Virus record (IMG/VR): IMGVR_UViG_3300006851_000025
Coordinates: 1 to 24,106 of that record
DNA length: 24,106 nucleotides
Reading direction: 5' to 3' (one strand)
From: a virus
Taxonomy: Duplodnaviria > Caudoviricetes
The notes below the pieces were generated by a model. It searched no databases, was not told the origin of the DNA, and saw nothing but the letters and a program-made list of their open reading frames with translations. Every line of letters starts with the position of its first letter. Position 1 is the stretch's first letter. This document shows, piece by piece, positions 1 to 8,552 of the stretch. Position numbers and translations under genes: made by a program.

Positions 1-7
1 CGTTATC

Positions 8-196
8 GTGATAGGAATTGCGGCAGTAGTCAGTTATAAAGCATACGAGAACACGTTAGAAAAATATGAAAAAGCACTGGACGATCTGGAACAGCAGGAG
101 TTCAAGAATCACTTGCTCCAGGAAGATAATGCTTCCATGCAGGATCAGATATGGCATTTGAGTCAGAATTTGATGCACAGGGAGGCGGAAGAATGA
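8..196 (+). CDS. Hypothetical phage protein, N-terminal hydrophobic segment plus coiled coil (true start may lie upstream of the window)
   Basis: ORF track; its stop overlaps the next ATG (ATGA at 193-196). Confidence 0.6.
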   Translation: MIGIAAVVSYKAYENTLEKYEKALDDLEQQEFKNHLLQEDNASMQDQIWHLSQNLMHREAEE

Positions 197-384
197 ATTT
201 TGGGAGGAATCAAGCAATGCAGCAAAACAAAGCAACGATTGATTTGAGTGAGGATGCAGTTTACAAAGTTTCTGAGGGGAAACTGGAAAGGGTGGACAAG
301 CCAGGTGAAGGATTCGGGAAACAGGTTATTACCTGGCAAAACGGGAAGCCAACGCATTATGAAGTTAGTTATACGGTGAAATAG
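193..384 (+). CDS. XtrA/YqaO (DUF3954)-like small protein
   Basis: GGAGG at 181-185 and ATG at 193; motif YKVSEGKL..V.KP..GFGKQVITWQNGK; lies upstream of an xpf-like gene as in PBSX/skin. Confidence 0.75.
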   Translation: MNFGRNQAMQQNKATIDLSEDAVYKVSEGKLERVDKPGEGFGKQVITWQNGKPTHYEVSYTVK

Positions 385-395
385 GAGGGGAGAAA

Positions 396-605
396 ATGAA
401 TAATATACAAGTTAATGGTTGTGGTGTAATTGTTATCGGTAACGAGAGAATCGTTTATATTAATGGCAAGGAAATCCCATTCCACCCTAATATGAAAGGA
501 AATAACATAACGACAATAGATGGCAAGGCGTATATTGATGGATTTGAATATAAGAACGGAAAGTGGAAACGTACTTTAAAAGCATTGTTTCACAAATGGT
601 TTTAA
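396..605 (+). CDS. Hypothetical protein (beta-rich, repeated V/I-x-I-N/D-G)
   Basis: Strong RBS GGAGGGG, 69 aa ORF. Confidence 0.7.
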   Translation: MNNIQVNGCGVIVIGNERIVYINGKEIPFHPNMKGNNITTIDGKAYIDGFEYKNGKWKRTLKALFHKWF

Positions 606-634
606 TGGCGGACGTATAAATAACTAGCAATCTA

Positions 635-692
635 TCGGAACAACCGAGGATGGCATTAGAGATTGAGGGATCTCTTTTGTCGTCCTTTTTTT
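635..692 (+). terminator. Intrinsic terminator/attenuator upstream of the xpf-like gene
   Basis: GAGGATGGCA(646-655)/TGTCGTCCTT(678-687) with inner AGAGAT/ATCTCT stem, then a T tract; small TCGG-AACAA-CCGA hairpin (635-647) overlaps its base. Confidence 0.7.
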
Positions 693-719
693 ATATTCAT
701 TTTGAGGGGATGGATTAAT

Positions 720-1217
720 ATGGATAATCAATACTTGGAATCATGGGCAGATCAACTGCTGGAAGAATACGAGGATGGGCGTAAGGATTTAAACGGCATT
801 AGAAATGATTTGAACCCGGAATCAAATGCAGACAACCTAGACAAATCGCACATAAATAGCATGATCGACAGCATGACTTTTTCTATCGATTGGATGGAGA
901 CTGGACGGCAACCAGGATTATATCGGGGTGCGGACAGAAAAAATGCATATCGAGTTAAACAATATGATGAAATGGACATCTTGCCCGACATAAGCGAGCA
1001 GATGGAACGAGAGCCATTGTACGTGAGCGATGAGCAGCGAAGATCGCTACTGCTGCTGTTTAGAAAGTTTTCCGAGCGTGAGCGGGAATGTTACGTATTG
1101 TACGAGGCGGAGCAACTGAGCATGCAAAAGATCGCTGATAAATTAGGGATAAAGAAAAGGACTGTACAGCAGTACGTTGAACGAGCGAGAGCAAAAGTTA
1201 GTGAAATAGCAGTTTAA
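720..1217 (+). CDS. xpf: Xpf-like positive control factor (phage sigma-70 region-4 late activator)
   Basis: Motif WMETGRQPGLYRGADRK resembles PBSX Xpf as recalled; C-terminal HTH SERERE..LSMQKIADKLGIKKRTVQQYVERA; RBS GAGGGG favours ATG 720 over 663. Confidence 0.85.
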   Translation: MDNQYLESWADQLLEEYEDGRKDLNGIRNDLNPESNADNLDKSHINSMIDSMTFSIDWMETGRQPGLYRGADRKNAYRVKQYDEMDILPDISEQMEREPLYVSDEQRRSLLLLFRKFSERERECYVLYEAEQLSMQKIADKLGIKKRTVQQYVERARAKVSEIAV

Positions 1218-1222
1218 GATAT

Positions 1223-1257
1223 AAAAAAATGAGCTTGCTTTCATTGGGCAGGCTCAT
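1223..1257 (-). terminator. Terminator between the convergent xpf and DUF2335 genes
   Basis: ATGAGCTTGC/GCAGGCTCAT dyad with an A7 tract at 1223-1229 (U tract on the minus strand). Confidence 0.6.
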
Positions 1258-1795
1258 CATCAGATTCGTTATTTTCTTTTTTAACTTCACTTGAATTGGA
1301 TTTTTTGCGAGCAAACAGAGTGACTAACCCTATTATTACAGCTGTGACTCCATAGACTTCTTTGTCGTAAGCGATTAAGGCAAAACCACCCAATAAAAAA
1401 AACAAGGCTAAAATAAATCCCAGAATAATGCCCAGTTTTTCCATGTTAAGAATCTTATTCATCTCTGTTTTTTCCATATAATGCCTATGATTTTGTTGTT
1501 TCTCTGCCATATCAAAAATTATTTCTGGAGATTTATCATAGATTTCAGCGTATTTTTCCAGATGAGATGGATGTGGTAAAGGTCCGGAAAACGCTTCGGC
1601 TTTTATTACAGAATTTACTTTCTTTACTTCATCAGGTTCTAGTTTATCTACGATTACCTCAACTTCGGGATCGGTTTCAGCGACTTGCTCCAAAGATGCA
1701 GTTGTTTCTTCCTTTGCGTCTTCAATTTGTTTTTCTTGATTATGAATTTGTTGTGATTCGGTATTGTCCTTTGTCTTTTCTTCTTCCGTATTCAT
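1241..1795 (-). CDS. DUF2335-family membrane protein (moron)
   Basis: FSGPLPHP..L..Y..I....PE.IF.MAEKQQ.HR motif followed by two hydrophobic TM segments. Confidence 0.8.
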   Translation of the reverse strand: MNTEEEKTKDNTESQQIHNQEKQIEDAKEETTASLEQVAETDPEVEVIVDKLEPDEVKKVNSVIKAEAFSGPLPHPSHLEKYAEIYDKSPEIIFDMAEKQQNHRHYMEKTEMNKILNMEKLGIILGFILALFFLLGGFALIAYDKEVYGVTAVIIGLVTLFARKKSNSSEVKKENNESDDEPAQ

Positions 1796-1976
1796 CTAAG
1801 GCTATCTGTAACTCCTTTCCTACATCACTCCAGTTAGAAGCAATTTCTTCTTCGTCATTTCCAGGCATTTTGTATTTGTGATCTGTATATCTCCTTAAGT
1901 TAAAGGAATTGGCTAATGAACGCAAAGACCCTGTCGCAGAAGGTAGGCTTCTTATTACAACGGATTTGATTTGCAT
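1740..1976 (-). CDS. Small partner protein upstream of the DUF2335 gene
   Basis: RBS AAAGGGG 9 nt before ATG 1976; D...I..NW..VG..L..A...Y motif; overlaps the DUF2335 gene by 56 nt. Confidence 0.65.
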   Translation of the reverse strand: MQIKSVVIRSLPSATGSLRSLANSFNLRRYTDHKYKMPGNDEEEIASNWSDVGKELQIALDEYGRRKDKGQYRITTNS

Positions 1977-2002
1977 AATCTTCAACCCCTTTCTTAATTT
2001 AA

Positions 2003-2031
2003 ATATTACACTGTAATTAACAATATGTAAA
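2003..2031 (-). promoter_or_regulatory. SigA-type promoter for the antisense two-gene moron
   Basis: TTTACA-17 nt-TAATAT on the minus strand just upstream of the RBS. Confidence 0.6.
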
Positions 2032-2079
2032 TTGTTTTAATCCGTTACTGCTGTCAAAACTTTATAAGTAGGCGGCATT

Positions 2080-2101
2080 TTGACGTACGAATTGACGTAC
2101 G
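2080..2101 (+). promoter_or_regulatory. TTGACGTACG direct repeat; candidate Xpf-dependent late promoter element
   Basis: Perfect 10-bp repeat at 2080-2089 and 2092-2101 at the head of the late operon; function inferred from position. Confidence 0.5.
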
Positions 2102-2218
2102 GAGTCCGGGAATATGAAAGGGTCTTTATAAGAGCTCTCATCTAGTATAGAACATGTTCTTTTAAAGACCTTACGGTCTTTTATATATAAGCACTAATTA
2201 AATAAGTGCACTAATAAC

Positions 2219-2245
2219 AGGAAAAAAGCTCTCCTTTGTCGTAAT
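2219..2245 (+). promoter_or_regulatory. Possible SigH-like moron promoter
   Basis: AGGA-18 nt-(TTGTC)GTAA; -10 deviates from GAAT. Confidence 0.35.
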
Positions 2246-2266
2246 ATGTAGATAGGAGGAGATGAA

Positions 2267-2818
2267 ATGAGTGACCAGCAGAATGCTGTAAATAAGATTA
2301 TGGACTTTTTAAGCGATGACACCAAGAGAACATTATTGCTAGAAGGCTACGATGATGACGCTAAAATAAGAGTGACTCTGTCCTGTTTGAATAAATCTTT
2401 TAGCAAGGGAATCATTAAAACTGGACGTATGTCTGACATACCACGTCATATAAACAGAGCATTTAAAAGGAAAAAGTTGCCTCCAAATGTTACGTCGTCA
2501 TCTGTTTACCCAATAGGAAAGATGAATATTAAAATAAACAGTTATGTAACACATACAAAAAGCAACCCTAAGGGAAATGACAATACGTTTACTGTGTTTT
2601 TCCCTGTACAATCGGTATTAATGAACGATGAAAAATACAAATCTTTTTTGGATGAAGTAAAAGATACTGAATCAAAGAAAGTTATTATCATTACTACAAA
2701 TGATCAAGGCATAAAAGAATGGGACATTGAGAACCACGTGGATGAAGTTTTCTTTTATAGTGTCGAGAACGACAATCCGCAAATAATGACAAACTTAAGG
2801 AACAATGGAGCAATATAG
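2267..2818 (+). CDS. Hypothetical moron protein, possibly degenerate P-loop NTPase fold
   Basis: RBS AGGAGG, own terminator; LLLEGYDDDAK and KKVIIITTN segments. Confidence 0.7.
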   Translation: MSDQQNAVNKIMDFLSDDTKRTLLLEGYDDDAKIRVTLSCLNKSFSKGIIKTGRMSDIPRHINRAFKRKKLPPNVTSSSVYPIGKMNIKINSYVTHTKSNPKGNDNTFTVFFPVQSVLMNDEKYKSFLDEVKDTESKKVIIITTNDQGIKEWDIENHVDEVFFYSVENDNPQIMTNLRNNGAI

Positions 2819-2831
2819 TATCTCTAAAAAC

Positions 2832-2866
2832 AAGCACTTATCCAATTGGGTAGGTGCTTTATTTTA
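2832..2866 (+). terminator. Intrinsic terminator
   Basis: AAGCACTTATCC-AATT-GGGTAGGTGCTT plus T-rich tail. Confidence 0.8.
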
Positions 2867-2899
2867 TACATAAATGCTTATCGGAGGTGGTGATATACC

Positions 2900-3343
2900 A
2901 TGAGTAAGAAGAAGTTAACGCTAAAACAACAAAAATTCGCTGATGAGTATATCATCACCGGAAATATATATCAGTCGGCTGTAAATGCGGGATATAGCAA
3001 AGCATATGCTAGGGGTAATGCAAGTAAATTAATGGAAAATGTGAGTATAAAAGCATATATAGATGGTCGCCTTGAGGAAATCAAATCAGAAAAGGTTGCA
3101 GATCAGCAAGAAGTAATGGAGTTCCTTACTTCAGTTATGCGTGGCGAAACTCAAGAACCAATGCCTTTATTAGATGGAGATGGTTATCAAAAGGTGGTTA
3201 ATGTAATACCAAATGCTCAAGCGAGAAGATCTGCTGCTGAACTCATAGGCAAACGATATGCCATGTGGACCGATAAACAGGAAATGGATGTTACGGGTGC
3301 TGTCACATTTATAGATGACATAGGTGATGAGGATGCAACTTAA
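2900..3343 (+). CDS. terS: Terminase small subunit
   Basis: LTLKQQKFADEY..TGN..QSA..AGYS N-terminal HTH; EVMEFLTSVMRGE; AAELIGKRY. Confidence 0.95.
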   Translation: MSKKKLTLKQQKFADEYIITGNIYQSAVNAGYSKAYARGNASKLMENVSIKAYIDGRLEEIKSEKVADQQEVMEFLTSVMRGETQEPMPLLDGDGYQKVVNVIPNAQARRSAAELIGKRYAMWTDKQEMDVTGAVTFIDDIGDEDAT

Positions 3344-4598
3344 ATTATCTGATCTAATGCCAAAGGCATTTCATTCCGTTTGGAGAGCATCCATTAATCC
3401 CGACATGCTAAACATTGTTTGCAAGGGCGGTCGTGGTTCCGGTAAGTCATCAGATATTGCCCACATCATTGTTCAAATGCTTATGAGATATGCTGTTAAT
3501 GGAGTTGGTATTCGAAAGGTAGATAACACCATTGAATTATCTATTTTCGAGCAGATCAAATGGGCAATAAGTGAACAAGGTGTAAATCATCTATTCAAGA
3601 TAAATAAGTCTCCTATGCGCATTACTTACATTCCTAGAGGCAACTATATAGTGTTTAGGGGAGCGCAGGAACCAGAAAGAATCAAATCATTGAAATCAGC
3701 TCATTTCCCTTTTGCTATTGCATGGGTGGAAGAACTTGCAGAATTTAAAACAGAAGATGAAGTAACGACCATTACCAACTCCTTGTTACGTGGAGAGCTA
3801 GGCAATGGTCTTTTTTATAAGTTTTTCTATTCATACAATCCACCTAAAAGAAGGCAATCGTGGGTTAACAAGAAATACGAAACACAATTTCAACCGGACA
3901 ATACATTTGTCCATCATAGCACTTATAAGGACAACCCATTCATATCTGATCAATTTATAGAAGAAGCCAACGCTGCTAAAGAACGAAATGAGCAACGATA
4001 TGATTGGGAGTATCTTGGCAAGGCAATCGGCAGTGGCGTTGTTCCGTTTGACAACTTAACATTTAGAACGATAACGGATGAAGAATACAAATCATTCGAT
4101 AACATAAGACAGGGTCAGGATTACGGATATGCTACGGATCCTTATTCTTTTGTCCGCTGGCATTATGATAAAAAGCGGAGAAAAATTTACGCAATGGATG
4201 AGCTCTATGGCGTTAAATTAAGCAATAGATATACAGCCAATTGGATTAAAGATAAAGGTTATGGCAGAACAAATACTAACTCGGATAGTGCTGAACCGAA
4301 GAGTATTGCAGAACAGAAAGAATATGGAATACGTGTTCAGGGTGCTAAAAAGGGGCCTGATTCAGTTGAGTATGGGGAGCAATGGTTAGATGATTTAACA
4401 GAAATAGTAATAGATGCAAGACGCACACCAAATATAGCGAGAGAATTTGAAAACATAGATTACCAGGTTGATCGTGATGGAAATCCGTTGCCAAAATTAG
4501 ACGATAAAGACAATCATACAATAGATTCCACCAGGTACGCGTTTGAAGATGATATGTCAAGAAGAAAAGCCAAAATAAGCAACATCAACGTATGGTAG
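3333..4598 (+). CDS. terL: Terminase large subunit, PBSX/SPP1 family
   Basis: Walker A GGRGSGKS, Walker B WVEE, YNP coupling motif, nuclease DYG..D and DNHTIDSTRYA. Confidence 0.97.
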   Translation: MQLKLSDLMPKAFHSVWRASINPDMLNIVCKGGRGSGKSSDIAHIIVQMLMRYAVNGVGIRKVDNTIELSIFEQIKWAISEQGVNHLFKINKSPMRITYIPRGNYIVFRGAQEPERIKSLKSAHFPFAIAWVEELAEFKTEDEVTTITNSLLRGELGNGLFYKFFYSYNPPKRRQSWVNKKYETQFQPDNTFVHHSTYKDNPFISDQFIEEANAAKERNEQRYDWEYLGKAIGSGVVPFDNLTFRTITDEEYKSFDNIRQGQDYGYATDPYSFVRWHYDKKRRKIYAMDELYGVKLSNRYTANWIKDKGYGRTNTNSDSAEPKSIAEQKEYGIRVQGAKKGPDSVEYGEQWLDDLTEIVIDARRTPNIAREFENIDYQVDRDGNPLPKLDDKDNHTIDSTRYAFEDDMSRRKAKISNINVW

Positions 4599-4613
4599 AA
4601 AGAAGGTGAACAC

Positions 4614-6212
4614 ATGCCAAACTGGGAAAAGTTTGATGCATCCGTCATTGAAGCAACGCACGGTAACATATTCTTTTATCGTGATCTATATGAGGGCAAA
4701 CATTCCAATATATTCTCCAGAGCAAAGAACCTCATTGAAAAAGGTGAGATAACCGACAACATTATATTTGGAACGCACCAGGCACAGAACGTGCAAACGC
4801 CGTACATCGTGGCTAACATTAGTAAATTGGTTCCGGAGATACCAGCTATGCTTGTTAGTCGTTCTGTTGGGAAGCTACAGTCCTCGTTATCGGTGGATGA
4901 CTTTCAAGCCGAGGAAATCAATGCTGAAACAGATGAGATTGTCGAGGAACCGCGGGATGAAGTAAGCAAAATCATTCATGTGCAACAGGAATTAATTGAG
5001 CAGATTGAAAAGAATTCAAACTTAGCATTTGAGCACTGGGGAAATATTCTACAACATCAGGTGGACGGTGGACTCGTTGGCGTTCCTTGGATGGATAGCG
5101 GGCAATTACGGTTAGAGTTTAAAGCGCGTGACGTATATTACCCTCATGAAAACGGAATGGGCGCAGACCTTGCTTATGATATCAAAATAAAAGACCAGGA
5201 ATACTTGCGCGTCTATCGTGAGGAAGTTTATAAAGATGATCTATATACAAGTCACATCCTTTATAAATTAAACGAACAAAAGAAAACAGAAGAAGTATCC
5301 GACGAAAAAACAAAAGAACTCCTTGGCTTAGATGAACTAGAAACAGTGTATAAAGGTAGGAGCAGGCCGTTCATTATCTATTGGGCAAACGATAAGACGT
5401 TTATGAATCCATTGGGTGTGTCCTGTCTAAAGAACCAAGAAGGCAAGCAGGACGAGATCAATTGGACACTTACGAGGAATGCGATCACATTCGAACGCAA
5501 CGGTAAGCCACGTCTTGCTGTATCAAGTGAAGTCATGCGAGCACTAATGGAGAAGGCTCAAGAAAGATATGGTGACGAATCAAAAATAGATCACCGTGAT
5601 TTAGAGGTAACTGAATTTGATGAGAATGGAAAGGCTATGGAGATCATTCAAATTGATATTACTAAGATTGGCGATATCCAATGGGTAAAAGACTTAACCA
5701 AGCTTATGCTTATGGAAACACAGACATCCGAAAAAGTTGTTGATTTCTATATGGACAACGGTGGTGGTTCTGCACAAAGTGGTGTGGCTAAGTTTTATGA
5801 CTTGTTCACATCGTTACTCAAAGCAGAACAAATACAATCGCAATACATCTATTTCCTACAGCAGTTAGTCGAAAGCGCATTGTGGCTTGCCAACAATAAT
5901 GATTCCGCCGTATTAATAGAAGAACCGGAAATCGCACTCAAGTCCATGATTCCGATCAGTCGCAAAGAACTTATTGAGGAAAATAACTTGGCGTTTACAT
6001 CTGATACACAGTCGCTTGAAACAACGATCAGACGTAATAATCCAAATGCTAGCGAGGATTGGATACAGGAAGAGTTAGCCCGCGTCGAAGCTGAGAAGTC
6101 TAATGATGATTCGTTTAGTTTAATGCGAGGAAGGCAGACATTGCAAGGCTTCATGGGCAATAGGAACGAAGATGGGAATCCAATAGAAGGTGAAGGGGAT
6201 GAAGATGAATGA
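4614..6212 (+). CDS. Portal protein (SPP1/A118-like)
   Basis: Position after terL, 532 aa, SLETTIRRNNP..SEDWIQEELARV C-terminus. Confidence 0.9.
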   Translation: MPNWEKFDASVIEATHGNIFFYRDLYEGKHSNIFSRAKNLIEKGEITDNIIFGTHQAQNVQTPYIVANISKLVPEIPAMLVSRSVGKLQSSLSVDDFQAEEINAETDEIVEEPRDEVSKIIHVQQELIEQIEKNSNLAFEHWGNILQHQVDGGLVGVPWMDSGQLRLEFKARDVYYPHENGMGADLAYDIKIKDQEYLRVYREEVYKDDLYTSHILYKLNEQKKTEEVSDEKTKELLGLDELETVYKGRSRPFIIYWANDKTFMNPLGVSCLKNQEGKQDEINWTLTRNAITFERNGKPRLAVSSEVMRALMEKAQERYGDESKIDHRDLEVTEFDENGKAMEIIQIDITKIGDIQWVKDLTKLMLMETQTSEKVVDFYMDNGGGSAQSGVAKFYDLFTSLLKAEQIQSQYIYFLQQLVESALWLANNNDSAVLIEEPEIALKSMIPISRKELIEENNLAFTSDTQSLETTIRRNNPNASEDWIQEELARVEAEKSNDDSFSLMRGRQTLQGFMGNRNEDGNPIEGEGDEDE

Positions 6213-6334
6213 TTCAAAAACAATACAATGAAAAAGATAAGTTAATCATGGAATTAGCAAGTGCCTTAAATTTGGATGAGTTCTTGTGTTGGTTCAGTAA
6301 CAAACTTCGAAAGATAAGATTTTTTAACGTGTAA
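6209..6334 (+). CDS. 41-aa small protein absent from the ORF track (MIQKQYNEKDKLIMELASALNLDEFLCWFSNKLRKIRFFNV)
   Basis: ATGA overlap with the portal stop; fills the intergenic gap. Confidence 0.55.
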   Translation: MIQKQYNEKDKLIMELASALNLDEFLCWFSNKLRKIRFFNV

Positions 6335-6360
6335 ATCCATTCAAAAAGTAGGGTTATTCC

Positions 6361-7452
6361 ATGAATCAAAAACAATTATTAGAGTTAATTGGCGCAATGA
6401 AGCACCAAATATTAGACTTACTGATCAATCAGAACATGGCAGATGATCAAGCGGCGCAACAAACACTAAGTGTGATTAATGAGATGTTCAATAGGATGAA
6501 CCTGGATGTAGAAGGTGTAATCCCACAGGAAACACTTACGGCTTATTTTGGCGGTGTAGATGAAGCAACCAAAGCACTCGATAAGGCAGGTATTGATCCG
6601 AAGGGTGGACTTGCTGCAAGCATATCCAGTAGTGGGAAGGTGGCATCAGCATTTAATAATCATGTGCATATGGAAGCTATTGCCGAAATAACGGATAACA
6701 CTATGCTGGACATGAAAGCTGCAATCAGAACAGCGAAAAACAATACTAATGCAAGTATTGAAACAGCGCTGTCTGCGGTTAAAAGTGATTTGCAGAGTGG
6801 TGTTATTCAAGGTAAGGCTAGGAAGGTTACTACTCAAAGGGTGGCTGAAAGCTTTGCTAAGGAAGGTGTGACAAGCTTCACAACTGTAGATGGCAAGAGG
6901 TTGCCCTTGGACTTTTACAGCCAGGTAGTTACAAGGACTAATCTTAAAACGGCTCATACCAAAGGGGCGGGTGAAAGATACCGCGAAAATGGAATGGACT
7001 TATTCAAAGTAACTGGCAATACACCCACATGCCATCAATGCGCTCCATTAAGAGGCATTGTGTTCACGTTAAACCCGGATAGAACAGATTACACATACAT
7101 GGATCCGGTGGACATCGTGCGCCACCCGAATTGCAATTGTTCTATGTCTGTTTGGGTGGAGGAATATAAAACAGATGCTGAGATCAATAAGGCTCAGAAA
7201 GAATCTAAAGCATTTAATCCCGATAAAGACACCCGTTCCAAGAGTCAAAAAGAATCCTATAAAAAACAGCAGGACTTGCATCGCAAGAACAATGAAACTA
7301 AAAAGCAGTTTGCCAGATACCGCTCTGTATTAGATGAAAAAGACATGCCGAAAACTTTAGGCGGGTTCAAGCGCTCCAAGAAGTCCGGCAGTGATAATTT
7401 CAAGGAAATACAGCGGAAGTATCGAAGAGAAATGAATAAGATAAGGGGATGA
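6361..7452 (+). CDS. Minor head protein (MuF/SPP1 gp7-like)
   Basis: After portal; DGKRLPLDFY..VVTRT, CHQC, HPNCNC motifs. Confidence 0.85.
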   Translation: MNQKQLLELIGAMKHQILDLLINQNMADDQAAQQTLSVINEMFNRMNLDVEGVIPQETLTAYFGGVDEATKALDKAGIDPKGGLAASISSSGKVASAFNNHVHMEAIAEITDNTMLDMKAAIRTAKNNTNASIETALSAVKSDLQSGVIQGKARKVTTQRVAESFAKEGVTSFTTVDGKRLPLDFYSQVVTRTNLKTAHTKGAGERYRENGMDLFKVTGNTPTCHQCAPLRGIVFTLNPDRTDYTYMDPVDIVRHPNCNCSMSVWVEEYKTDAEINKAQKESKAFNPDKDTRSKSQKESYKKQQDLHRKNNETKKQFARYRSVLDEKDMPKTLGGFKRSKKSGSDNFKEIQRKYRREMNKIRG

Positions 7453-7456
7453 AAAG

Positions 7457-7684
7457 ATGTTTATGGTTGATATTGATGAAAACAAGGCATTGCTCATCGC
7501 GGATGCTGTAAAGGCTGACTATATTTCAGATACCGGTTGCGCAGTGTTTTATAATGATCGCAACGCAATTGTAGGTATGTATAAACTAAATGAAATCAAA
7601 GGGTTTTACAAGGGTGATTATACTAATAAAGAAGGTAAAATATTCTTCCGTGATTCCCCCTTTAATTCAATTGTTAAATGCTAA
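7457..7684 (+). CDS. Hypothetical protein
   Basis: RBS AAGGGG, 75 aa ORF. Confidence 0.65.
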   Translation: MFMVDIDENKALLIADAVKADYISDTGCAVFYNDRNAIVGMYKLNEIKGFYKGDYTNKEGKIFFRDSPFNSIVKC

Positions 7685-7706
7685 GTATCCCGTGGGGATG
7701 CTTTTT
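7683..7706 (+). terminator. Intrinsic terminator
   Basis: AAGTATCCC-GTG-GGGATGCTT plus T tract. Confidence 0.7.
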
Positions 7707-7733
7707 ATTATGCCTGAAAAGGGGTGATGTGGA

Positions 7734-7961
7734 ATGGCAAAAAAGCGTGACTACAAAAAGGAATACCGCGATTATCACGGTAAGCCTGCTCAAGTTAAAA
7801 ACCGTGCTAAAAGGAATAAAGCCAGAAGCACGATGGGATTGAAGAAAGGCGATAAGCGTGAGGTTGATCACCGTAAACCACTTTCAAAGGGTGGCAGTAA
7901 TAAGAAAAGCAATCTACGGGTGGTTTCCAGATCGACGAATCGGAAGAAGGCTGCTAAATAA
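7734..7961 (+). CDS. Small basic HNH endonuclease
   Basis: EVDHRKPLSKGGSN..SNLRVV....NRKK beta-beta-alpha-metal motif. Confidence 0.85.
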   Translation: MAKKRDYKKEYRDYHGKPAQVKNRAKRNKARSTMGLKKGDKREVDHRKPLSKGGSNKKSNLRVVSRSTNRKKAAK

Positions 7962-7977
7962 AGGGAGGCATACTGAT

Positions 7978-8133
7978 ATGGAAAATGAAAAGATGTTAAG
8001 CACCGCCATTGAATTGTTGAAAGATATTGATCTTGAAAAGGTTGAAATCGTTCAAGTTGATAACACAAAATACGATGATGGTTCTGTGGGTTTTGCGGTG
8101 GACATAACATTTCCGGCAGAGGAAGGGGATTAA
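7978..8133 (+). CDS. Hypothetical acidic protein (51 aa)
   Basis: RBS GGGAGG before ATG 7978, preferred to the track start at 7858. Confidence 0.65.
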   Translation: MENEKMLSTAIELLKDIDLEKVEIVQVDNTKYDDGSVGFAVDITFPAEEGD

Positions 8134-8137
8134 TCAT

Positions 8138-8386
8138 ATGAACAATGAAAATGTTGTAGGGTTGACTGATTTCAAAATCCTTATTGACGGTGAAGTTTAT
8201 GAGAATGTAGAACCAGTTGAATTGGAACTAAAGGAAGAGCAAGAAATCAGCGCAGACGAATTAATTGGTTACATCATGAGGAGAGCAGATGAATCAGATT
8301 TAAATTGTCGGTTAGATTATGAAGAAGTTTTATTCATCCTTAAAGCCGGAAAGGAATTCATGGAAGAAAAAGGAATAGCAGAGTAA
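8138..8386 (+). CDS. Hypothetical acidic protein
   Basis: RBS AAGGGG, 82 aa ORF. Confidence 0.65.
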   Translation: MNNENVVGLTDFKILIDGEVYENVEPVELELKEEQEISADELIGYIMRRADESDLNCRLDYEEVLFILKAGKEFMEEKGIAE

Positions 8387-8390
8387 TAAC

Positions 8391-8417
8391 AAGCATCCGA
8401 TAAGGGTGTTATTTTTA
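8391..8417 (+). terminator. Intrinsic terminator
   Basis: AGCATCC-GATAA-GGGTGTT plus T-rich tail. Confidence 0.6.
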
Positions 8418-8460
8418 TGACTTTTTCCATGTTGAAAACCCTGATGTGACAAAGGTTTTA

Positions 8461-8469
8461 TGATATAAT
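8461..8469 (+). promoter_or_regulatory. Extended -10 SigA promoter for the nuclease gene
   Basis: TGaTATAAT, enclosed by a 13-bp inverted repeat (8411-8423/8481-8493). Confidence 0.6.
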
Positions 8470-8552
8470 AGAGTTATAGGAAGTCATAAAAATGCCCATG
8501 CGATGCGCTAACATCCATGAGCGTGACCAACACTAAATAGGAGTGCTGATAG

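Noticed and set aside
151-719. Track starts at 151 and 663 (also 7858, 12936, 22752)
   Set aside because: Better RBS-ATG pairs downstream at 193, 720, 7978, 13026 and 22806
2149-2160. AGAACATGTTCT as a LexA/SOS box
   Set aside because: Spacer is 2 nt; the Firmicutes box is GAAC-N4-GTTC
6361-7452. MuF polymorphic toxin
   Set aside because: The C-terminus is a short basic helical region with no recognisable toxin domain
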